DNA of 63,264 nucleotides, filler included, from Octopus bimaculoides (lineage: Eukaryota): assembly GCF_001194135.2 (NCBI RefSeq). It is 5 parts of 4 records of this genome, joined end to end, with 100 filler letters (N's around TTAATTAATTAA, not from the genome) between each part and the next. Parts side by side here need not be neighbours in the genome. Positions count along the whole stretch, not along the records: positions 10,081 to 34,246 come from NC_068982.1; 4 more parts are not named here. One strand, given 5' to 3'. Numbering within the stretch: position 1 is the first letter of the stretch; every line of letters starts with the position of its first letter. The translations under genes were made by a program, and so were the position numbers. Under the pieces are notes generated by a model. It made no database searches. It worked only from the letters and a program-made list of their open reading frames with translations, and was not told where the DNA came from. Positions 12,865 through 23,419 of the stretch are shown in pieces.

Positions 12865-13017
12865 AACGATAGATATATAAATAGATAGAACGATAGATAT
12901 ATGGATAGATAAAACGATAGATATATAAATAGATAGAACGATAGATATATGGATAGATAGAACGATAGATAGAACGATAGATATATGGATATATAGAACG
13001 ATAGATATATGGATAGA
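12865..13017 (+). repeat. 24-bp minisatellite block 3 (~6 units)
   Basis: Directly visible; includes TATAAATA variant units. Confidence 0.95.
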
Positions 13018-13822
13018 CATGTAGCAAACTCATAAGAGGCGGAGAGAGAACGTAAGTTCGTTTGCCCGAACATGAGAAATTATTGATTTCTCATTGGTTA
13101 AAAATTACTGCCCATAGACGAATTATGAACTTCGTTGAAGAAATCTTTCATGGGGTTACGGTTCTATGATTCGTGTATGAGTAGTTATAAAAACTCTGAT
13201 TTTCGGCAAATCTCCAGTGTTCGTTGGTTGCCACTCAAGTCCACGACACTCACCCTTTTTAGTATAGGCTAATATATATACCATGTTCAATACTCAAATC
13301 CGACAATATTGAATTGTCGTGAAACCTTATTAGTTAGAATGAGAAACTAGTTAATAATACATTTAAGTCGTAAATTCTCTACGACGAAATGATTTGGTTT
13401 CTGAATTTCTATAAATGTAAAAAATATGTACATAATAAATTAATGTAGAAACTTAATTCCTTTTACTTCTCGTTTCTTTCAACTTGTTGAATTTATTTCT
13501 GTATATTAATGAAACTGTATTTTTTACGTGTAACGGTCAAGAAAATATAATCTATATCTTCAACATACATGCACGTAATGAACGCACATTCAGCGTTTTC
13601 TCATGTATACATCATAACATTTACGCAGCCTAAATTAAACTAAACTAAGAGTTATGCTTATTGATAAACACTTATAATTAAGTTATAAGTAACGAGATTA
13701 TCATTATAGCTTTTAATTAATAAACAATAATATTTGTTATAACTTACGAATGAAAACATTGTAAACAAAGATATAGTATATCTCACACTTCAACGACCTG
13801 TTATTTACATAAAAGACGGAAA
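13018..13822. other. Unidentified 805-bp AT-rich, palindrome-rich insert in the minisatellite
   Basis: Flanked by GATAGATATATGGATAGA (13000-13017) and GATAGCTATATGGATAGA (13823-13840). No ORF and no TIRs. Confidence 0.55.
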
Positions 13823-13889
13823 GATAGCTATATGGATAGATAGAACGATAGATATAGGGATAGTTAGAACGATAGATATATGGATAGAT
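13823..13889 (+). repeat. 24-bp minisatellite block 4 (~3 units)
   Basis: Directly visible; abuts the telomeric array. Confidence 0.9.
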
Positions 13890-15343
13890 GGGGGTTAAGG
13901 TTAGGGTTAGGGTAAGGATCAGGGGTCAGAGGTCAAGATTAGGGGTGAGGGGTGAGGGTTATGGTAAGGAGTGAGGGGTGAGGGTTAGGATTAGGGTTGG
14001 GGTTAGGGTTAGGGTCAGGGTTAGGGTTAGGATTAGGGTTAGAGTTAGGTTTAGGGTTAGGGTTAGGGTTAGGGTTAGTTTTAGGGTTAGGTTTAGGGTT
14101 AGGGTTAGCGTTAGGTATACGGTTAGGGTTAGGGTTAGTTTTAGGGTTAGGGTTAGGTTTGGTGTTTGGATTAGGTTTAGTGTTAGGGTTAGGATTAGGG
14201 TTAGGGTTAGGGTTAGGGTTAGGGTTAAGTCAGGGTCAGGGTCAAGATCAGTGTCAGGGTCAGGGTTAGGGTTAGGGTTATGGTTAGGGTTGGGGTTAGT
14301 GTTAGGGTTAGCGTTAGGGTTAGCGTTAGGGTTAGAGTTAAGGTTTGGGTTAGGGTTAGATTTAGGGTTAGGGCTAGGGTTAGGGTTAGGTTTAGGGTTA
14401 GGGTTAGGGTTAGGGTTAACGTTAGGGTTAGGTTTAGGGTTAGGGTTAGGGTTAGGGTTAGGGTTAGGTTTAGGGTTAGGTTTAGGTTTAGGGTTAAGGT
14501 TAGGGTTAGGGTTAGTTTTAGGGTTAGGGTTAGGGTTANNNNNNNNNNNNNNNNNNNNNNNNNNNNNNNNNNNNNNNNNNNNNNNNNNNNNNNNNNNNNN
14601 NNNNNNNNNNNNNNNNNNNNNNNNNNNNNNNNNNNNNNNNNNNNNNNNNNNNNNNNNNNNNNNNNNNNNNNNNNNNNNNNNNNNNNNNNNNNNNNNNNNN
14701 NNNNNNNNNNNNNNNNNNNNNNNNNNNNNNNNNNNNNNNNNNNNNNNNNNNNNNNNNNNNNNNNNNNNNNNNNNNNNNNNNNNNNNNNNNNNNNNNNNNN
14801 NNNNNNNNNNNNNNNNNNNNNNNNNNNNNNNNNNNNNNNNNNNNNNNNNNNNNNNNNNNNNNNNNNNNNNNNNNNNNNNNNNNNNNNNNNNNNNNNNNNN
14901 NNNNNNNNNNNNNNNNNNNNNNNNNNNNNNNNNNNNNNNNNNNNNNNNNNNNNNNNNNNNNNNNNNNNNNNNNNNNNNNNNNNNNNNNNNNNNNNNNNNN
15001 NNNNNNNNNNNNNNNNNNNNTTAGGGTTAGGGTTAGGGTTAGGGTTAGGAATAGGGTTAGGGTTAGTGTTAGGGTTAGGGTTTGGGTTAGGGTTAGGGTT
15101 AGTGTCATGGCTAGGGTTAGTGTTATGGTTAGGCTTAGTTTTAGTGTTAGGATTAGGCTTGGTGTTGGGGTTAGGGTTAGGTTTTGGGTTGGTGTTAGGG
15201 TTAGGATTAGGTTTAGGTTTAGGTTTATGGTTAGTGTTAGGATTAGGATTAGGTTTAGGTTTAGGTTTATGGTTAGTGTTAGGGTTAGGGTTAGGGTTAG
15301 TGTTAGCGTTAGGGTTAGGGTTAGGGTTAGGGTTAGGGTATGG
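13890..15343 (+). repeat. Interstitial telomeric-type (TTAGGG)n array with variant hexamers
   Basis: TTAGGG with TTAGGT, TTAGTG, TTAGCG, TTAGGA and TCAGGG variants on both sides of an N gap (14539-15020), all in the same orientation. Confidence 0.95.
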
Positions 15344-15487
15344 TACAGGTCAACAGATCGGTGCCAATACTTGAGAAAACATAAACAAATAATGAATAGC
15401 GCTGACAGATTTGCCTTTACGCATGCTAATAACCACCAAAATAAATTTATTCATGACTTATATATATNNNNNNNNNNNNNNNNNNNN

Positions 15488-15544
<57 letters not shown>

Positions 15545-17886
15545 TATATACATACATACATGTATGTGCGTACGTATGTACGTACGTGTGTATGTATGTA
15601 TGTAGTTATGTAACTTGAGGCTTCAGATGAAGTAAAAATAAAGCTGTATGCCCTTTCTCATCTAGAACCTTGTCTTCTATCTGTTTCAATTACGTTTGCT
15701 GATTTAAATATTACAGACTGACAAATCTTTGTCTTATACCACGATAACACCAAATATCATATAAAACGTCCAAGCGTTCTTAACTTTAAACCCTCAGACT
15801 TGTTATGTTTTAATAGCATCTTCCCTTTATTCGCTGATTTTATTTTTAATCATGGTTAAAGAGGAAGAGAAGCGCTAATACTCTCTTCAAAGACCATGAC
15901 ACGGTTGTGTGAAAGGGAGAAAGTCGTACTCAGATCAAAATTTTTGGTTTGCAACATGGTTGAAAGTTGATAGTAAAAGGTGGATGAAGAACAATGGTCA
16001 ACCACACAAGAATAACTAATTCGCTTTTTACATTTGTAAATATTCAATATTCCATTCGTAGACAAACACAATGATTTCAACTATGTTGTCACGATCCCAT
16101 AGTTACTGAATATGTACCATTTTTCAGTACATTTCTACCTAAAAAATGACATCTTTTACACCACTACAAAATATGTTTTCATACACACATTCCATTTTCT
16201 CCCTCCATAAGAACTATTTACACATCCGCTATTTGCCTTTTTAAAGAACAGAAAATTCGCTTATTAAATTCCAAATTTTCTCATCGTTTCTTTCTTCCTT
16301 TTTCTATTCTTTTTCTCGATACTTTTCCTCGCATTCTTCAACTGATTGTCTTCTTTAGTGTATTTATACATTTTTACAGATCCCTTGTAGCAATGCACAA
16401 GGTCAAAAGAGCAGAATTACTTCAGAACATACTCTCAACTCATCATTACTCCGTTCTTAAATTTTTAAAACTTATTTGAAGAGGTCTGCTGAAGGCTTGT
16501 GGTGAAGATTGCATTAACTATACACACATATGTGAGTATACATATATACATCTATATCTATACACATACAGTTCTTTTAACTTAATTATATTTTTTCTCT
16601 CTCTCTCTTTCCTCTCTTCCTCTACGGTTACGTTTTTTTTTTTTTTCATTTTAAACGGAAAACCTAAAGGTGAAGACGTCCTAAGATAAGTGATGGTATT
16701 CAATGTGCAACTTCATTATTGAATTGTTCAATGTGAAGTGGTTGATGAGTGCACAGCTATTGTTCACTGCTCTTTACCGTGTTTAATCTATTCACTTACA
16801 AATTTAGTTAATAAAGCTATTTTTAATACGAATAAAGTTGCCAAATTATATTATCTTCTTTATTTAAAACTAAATTTTGCCTCAGTATTGCAAATACATT
16901 TTCTAAATACATTTCTTATAAATATGCTTTTGTTAAATGCAGATTTTGTACTGGTACTGTTAATATTTTATATCGCCTGTAAATAATTTTTGAATATAGG
17001 ATAATGAGGTGGAAGAAAGAATGTGTTGAAGGTTTAGAGTTCAAATCGAGCAAGGCTGAATCTTTTTTCTTTTTTCTTATTGTTCTAGAAACGACAGACC
17101 TTACCTTACAGCTGTCTAACAATCAGCAGCAGCAGCAGCAGCAATGTTATATCGTTCCAACGAAGGATTCCCTAAGTGGTTGCTTGACTTTCTAGAAATA
17201 GTAGCCAAATCTCTCACAACTCATGTCATACCGTCCTGAGAAAGGACATATTGGTTGATGTGATCCTAGATTCATTGTATAAAAATAAGACAAGATCGTC
17301 ATAGTTGGTGTACCTTATGATCATAGGTCTGCTTGGTCAAAAAAAAAACAAAAGAAAATGTGTTTCGATTCTGTAGCGTTCGTGTTCAACTCATCACTTT
17401 TACATATACAGTACCTTTTCCTACGTAGCTGAAGGTTTGGATCTATTTACTGTTAAAACATTTCGAATTAAAATTTAATATATTCATGATGTGGTATGAT
17501 TATGTAGCATTCAGAGATCCTTATATCCGATAATGCCCCCTGAAGATGGTGTCCCAATATGACTATATTGCAATAACTGAAACGGGTAAAAGACTAAAAG
17601 AATATTCAATTCAAACAGGAAAAGAAGCTGAATATATTAAAATATATGTATTGCAATATCAATATAAACGTATAAATTTCGGTGTAAGCATTTGCCTGCG
17701 AAAATGCTTTTGGTGAATTCAGTTTCTGTTAATAAGAAGTAACAACAAATAAAGTCTTCAGACGATCAGTCTCTTCAGCTTTAATTATATTAATATAGAA
17801 TACACAGATAAATTTAAAAGAACGCAACCGATATAAACATATATAATGTTGCAATGGCAATGGGGAGGACATATTCATTTGTTGTT

Positions 17887-18258
17887 GGCACTCCGTCGCT
17901 TACGACGTCGAGGGTTTCAGTTGATCCGATCAACGGAACAACCTGCTCGTGAAATTAACGTGCAAGTGGCTGAGCACTCCAGAGACACGTGTAACCTTAA
18001 CGTAGTTCTCGGGGATATTCAGCGTGACACAGTGTGACAAGGCTGACCCTTTGAATTACAAGCACAACAGAAACAGGAAGTAAGAGAAAGTTGTGGTGAA
18101 AGAGTAGAGCAGGGTTCGCCACCATCCCCTGCCGGAGCCTCGTAGAGCTTTAGGTGTTTTCGCCCATTAAACACTCACAACGCCCGGTCTGGGAATCGAA
18201 ACCGCGATCCTATGACCGCAAGCCCACTGCCCTAACCACTGGGCTATTGCGCCTCCAC
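17887..18258 (-). mobile_element. tRNA-derived SINE, family B (probably octopus OR-type)
   Basis: Minus-strand head has A-box-like TAGCCCAGTGGTTAG and B-box-like GGTTTCGATTCCC. The 3' ~190 bp is shared with copies at 46755, 48210 and 58049. Confidence 0.8.
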
Positions 18259-18527
18259 ACATATTCATTAAACTGGATTTTAAATATACATCGTTGGATA
18301 GGCAGTAGATTTGGTCAATTTTTAAATATATTGAATATATTTTTCCATATCAGTTTTCACGAATTTGCTGCTTTGTTGTAAACATTCGATATCAATTACA
18401 GCATTTCGGCTTTTGCAATAATACAGGACTAACACAGATCTCTTACGAGGCATTAACTCAGCTTTAAAATCACTACGAAAAGTAATGCTTTTTTTTTTAA
18501 GATAACAATCTGCTCGGCGTTGCTGAA

Positions 18528-18912
18528 GGCGCAGGCGTAGCTGATGGCGCAAGCCCGGCTGAAGGAGCAGGCGTGGTGATGTGGTTGATTCTCAACCACA
18601 TGGTCGATCAAAACCTTGTGAGTGGAGTTGGTAGACGGAAACTGAAAGAAGCCAGTCGTGTGTGTGTGTGTGTGTGTGTATGTGTGAATATCTGTGTATA
18701 TGTGTGTGTGTACTGTGTGTGTCTTTGTATTTATACCCACCACCATTTGACAACCGGTGTTGGTGTGTTTACAGCCCTGTAATATTAGTGATTCGGCAAA
18801 AGAGACCGATAGAATAACTACCAGGCTTCAAAACTGCGGTCGATTGACTCGGGTAAATTTGTTCATAGCGATACCCCAGCAAGCACGACCGCGGTCTAAT
18901 GACTAAAGCAAG

Positions 18913-18915
<3 letters not shown>
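18528..18915 (+). mobile_element. tRNA-derived SINE family C with internal (TG)n tract, partly deleted
   Basis: GGCGCAGGCG head, GCCTTGTGAGTGGA..TTGGTAGACGGAAACTGAAAGAAGCC body and GGCAAAAGAGACCGATAGAATAA tail, shared with copies at 35307, 38290 and 53843. Confidence 0.75.
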
Positions 18916-18963
<48 letters not shown>

Positions 18964-18966
18964 TAT

Positions 18967-19410
18967 ATTAAAATTAATCAAAGGACATACTAAGTATGTC
19001 TACCTGCTTGAAATAACAGTCAAAACTCGGTAACAAGATTATTTTACACTGGGAAGCTGATGTGATTTCGGCGCGAAACGAATCAGTAGCGGTATAGATT
19101 TCGGAAGGATAGGTTGGGAATCGCTTTCCTGGTAATGCGTGCTGAAGAAGCTAAGGCATATTATGCCAATGCAGAAACTAGTCCACGTANNNNNNNNNNG
19201 AAGAAGCTAAGGCATATTATGCCAATGCAGAAACTAGTCCACGTAAATCCATATACTTAAATGTATGTAAGTAGATTGTCTTAACCAAATTTGCTTTCGT
19301 TTGATTTCTGTAGTAATCACCAGTGTATTTTTTTGGCGATTTAGTAACGAGTTTTGACTGTTATTTCAAGCAGGTAGACATACCTAGTATGTCCTTTGAT
19401 TAATTTTAAT
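18967..19410. repeat. 66-bp near-perfect inverted repeat pair (18967-19032 / 19345-19410)
   Basis: 64/66 identity after reverse complementing; each arm holds the palindrome GACATAC..GTATGTC. Confidence 0.85.
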
Positions 19411-21068
19411 CCCTCGGCTATTTAAATGCTATTTTTTTTTTTGCCTTTATCGTTGATTCTGTTATTGTCATTCTTAAAGTAGTGACATTGGATAATAATA
19501 GAATTAACGGTACATTTGTAAATTAACTTTTAATACATACATACATATATATNNNNNNNNNNNNNNNNNNNNNNNNNNNNNNNNNNNNNNNNNNNNNNNN
19601 NNNNNNNNNNNNNNNNNNNNNNNNNNNNNNNNNNNNNNNNNNNNNNNNNNNNNNNNNNNNNNNNNNNNNNNNNNNNNNNNNNNNNNNNNNNNNNNNNNNN
19701 NNNNNNNNNNNNNNNNNNNNNNNNNNNNNNNNNNNNNNNNNNNNNNNNNNNNNNNNNNNNNNNNNNNNNNNATATATACACGTATATATTATCAGAAGCT
19801 TAAAATATAAACATTAATGAGGAGAGCAAATTATAATACCTTACACTTCTATCTGCAATTATATTTGTCAGTCACGAAATATGGCTCTCTAAGATGTATA
19901 CAGTTTGCTTTTAAAGCAAGATAAAGCCGATTCTTTAAGATGTAACAACATATAATATGGGTAATACTTTTGAAACAGAAACGAACAAGCATCTATGAAC
20001 AGTTTTATTGAACAGAACGACACGTAGATAATAGGAAAGTTTGCTACAGAAAAATACCTACTGTATTTGACGGTTTGTAAGGCTCGCAAGCTAATAAAAC
20101 GCACTTCAGTTTTAGTCGGTCCTTTCTTGAGCCATTACTTACCAGTAACTTAAAGCCTGTCGTTGGCATTTTTTTTTTTTTTTAGGGATGTGCCTAATTG
20201 CCTCTTGTTATATTATCTGGTTATCCAAGCAGTGGAGTGGCAGAAATGGTACTTTACAGTATGTAGTTTCGTTTTCCTCCATTTTGCGTGCAATTCACAC
20301 CAATGCCAGATTAACCCTTTTTGTCTCCGCAATCGAAAATGAAAAATGAACGTCAAGCATCAAATAGAGTTGATTCAATCTCGTCTAGCCATTCCCTGCA
20401 AATTTTGTTTTTGTGTCAATGTTAAAACTTTTTATATCTTGTAATTTTCCTCGGCTAAAAATGACTGAAAATTTCAATCACTTGGATGGGTACGCCGACT
20501 CTGTTTCAAGAACATTGAGGTTTGTTAACCTGATTCGAGAGACTGCATGTATTAAATTGTGAACTACTTAAGACATGCAACTGCTTAATGATATTAACTT
20601 TGATTACAATTTTTGAATTCCATCTTCTTCACTAATTCTTTAACGTTCGTTCGACTAGTGACAGCAGAAAATGAAGAAGAGATTAAGACTAATAATTTGT
20701 AATCAAAAAGGCATTTTTTTTTCGACCATGACAAATCTCATTAGCACACTTTAAAGAACTAATATATGAACGCCAGTCTTATATGATTTATCTTAATCTC
20801 AGGCTCCTAAAATGCTGAATGAATCACTAAAAATTATATTGTCCTCTCGAAAGGGTATTATCGAAATAATCTAAATAAAAATAAAGTGGTTTGAATCACA
20901 ATAATTTTAGCATAATTAGAATTTATTTATTTTTTAATCACTGCCTGTCAGTAGATTGCAAGCCAGTGGTTTGAAACAAAAGCCTCAATAAATATGAACA
21001 GTACAGCTAAATGTATTGATTGGATAAAGAATGATTTAAAAGCAGGTGATCAAAAAAATACACACATA

Positions 21069-21076
<8 letters not shown>

Positions 21077-21119
<43 letters not shown>

Positions 21120-21140
21120 GTACATTTATTATTATTATTA

Positions 21141-21195
<55 letters not shown>

Positions 21196-21225
21196 CATTA
21201 TTATTATTATTATCATCATCATTAT
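21077..21225 (+). repeat. (TA)n and (ATT)n microsatellites
   Basis: Directly visible. Confidence 0.9.
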
Positions 21226-22914
21226 TTAAATTTGTTTCCAATTTTAAATTTTTACAATGAATTTTATTTTTATTCGAAACATTACCTTAATCAGAGTAAA
21301 ACGTATTCACTTGTCTCCATTTAGAAGACATCTTTAGATCGCGGCCATTAATGCAAATACTATCTAGAAGGGAAATTTTTAGTCATCAAGAAATTAATGT
21401 CGCTTTGAAAACAATTACCAAATAAACTCTACATCAACCAAGTGTAACTTTAGCAAGCCAGAATTAATCTAAAGTTTGTTATTCTTGAGCATTTCTTTGT
21501 GGTGACATACAATGCGAAATGCATCTGACATGTAATAATGTTTATGTAAATTGAATAATCAACATTTGAGTTTCCAAAGACGAAATAAATTCGAAAATGC
21601 CGTATTTTTCAAGATATCAAAAGCATAGTTGCAATATATAGAATGAAAACTGGTGCCGAGAAAGTGTACTTAAGAATATCTTTTGTTTGCAGTAGTGGTT
21701 GCTTAGCTCCACGCCGGTTTCGATTGAGTCTGAAAGTTACCGGAACGAATCAAAATACTACAAAACATTAATGTTGTTGTTGCGTAACAACAACTTGGCC
21801 GTAATCAAAGATATCTGACCAAAGGCATTCCATCCGTGACTGTTCCTTCTTTTACGGTTATCGTAATTGTAGAATTACATTTTCCCAGTATGTCTTTCCC
21901 TTATTTAAGATGATAGAATATATTTTTTGAGAATTCGACTATTACTCCTAACAAACTAAGCGATCCCGTAGAGAATAGTTTTAGTATGATGCTTTAGTTC
22001 TTCTGGATACTTTTACAAGTTCACATCTAGATTTCTCCAGATACACCTTTTATAGGGTTTTTTTCCGGTTACTTCAGTAACAAAGCATAAGCCATGAAGC
22101 TTCTGTTTGGTTGCTTATAAGTCTGTTCGATCAAAGCTGATCTGAAGATAAACAAGAATAGCAATAACGACAGTAGCCAATCTGTTTCGAAATTATTGAC
22201 TTAATTTCTCTTTTAGAATGATTATGAAGATTTCAGAAATGTTTCTTTTACATCTTTTATCAATCATTACGAAATTAAGTTTGTGATTTCCCATTCTCAT
22301 GTCCAAAATATTATTCATTATTTTATAATTTACTTTTATCTATTTGGTTTTAAAGTAATTTTTACTTAGCCTTCAGTGTGTGGCAGGGGTCATTTTCAGT
22401 CTAAATAAATACGCTCCTTCTTATCTTTCTAGAGTTATTTACTATTTCGTCCAGATCTAATACTATTATTGCTAGCATAAATTATCTCGCTTTGTTTATT
22501 AGTAATTCCTTAACGAGTTTATACTTTGTGATGTCGATGTCTTTTTACATTTTTTTTTTTTCTGATTGCATTATTTGCTATCGCCCATTTTCTTCTTTTT
22601 TTTTGTGTGTCTTTTTGGCTTTTTCATATTTCTGCAAACTGCAAACTGGACCACGAATAGAACAGAACAATGAGTGTAATATCCTAACAAGAAACAGGAA
22701 TATAATTAATGGAGGAATAGTTAAAGAAAATAAGCGGAATTATACACAAAATATACCCATTCCCAGAAGAGAGAAACAGTGCAATTATGTATATATCTGT
22801 GTGTGTATGTATTTGTGTGTGCGTGTGTGTGTGTGTATACTGAGCGTCCAATAATACTATCCATATCACGTCCTCACTTTGTTGTTTTTTTGTTTTTTTG
22901 TTATTGTGTTTTTG

Positions 22915-22968
<54 letters not shown>

Positions 22969-23419
22969 GAAGATATGTATTATATAGTTTAAGTTCCGTT
23001 TAGGCACGATCAACAAAAAGTAAGCCATCCAGTGAGAGATAAATATCGTTAAATATACACTGTATTAACATAAGAGCTACTCGTAGTTCCTTGCCATTAA
23101 GGCACGTTGTTAGGTAGGTTTTTATACTGCACCTTGTGTCTCAAAGCAATCTTCGGCCTCTGACACATGGTTTGTACTATTTGAATACCAGAACACTGGC
23201 ACATGAGAAACTACGAGAAAGAACGAGAATGTTGATGCAAAATGTAGAATAGGAAGACAAAAGACGAATAAAAACGGAAAAGGAAAGAAAGAAAATTAGA
23301 GTTATGTCCCCTTTCACCGTAGTAGTCATAATTAATCTAGTTATATTCTAGTTTTAGAATAATTCAACGAAGAGGTGTCAAAAGTCTGCAAGACAGCCAC
23401 TCAATCCAGTGAAGGTGGT

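Noticed and set aside
10081-13889. CRISPR-like reading of 24-bp repeats interleaved with mobile-element fragments
   Set aside because: The repeats are head-to-tail tandem without uniform spacers, the inserts range from 296 to over 2000 bp, there are no cas-like genes and the context is eukaryotic. Retro-insertion explains it better.
13978-15374. Long ORFs (VRVRVR / LGLGLG) and a true chromosome end
   Set aside because: The ORFs are translations of TTAGGG plus Ns. Unique sequence follows the array, so as assembled it is interstitial.
19143-19245. 47-bp direct repeat
   Set aside because: It is an exact duplicate on either side of a 10-N gap, typical of unmerged contig overlap.
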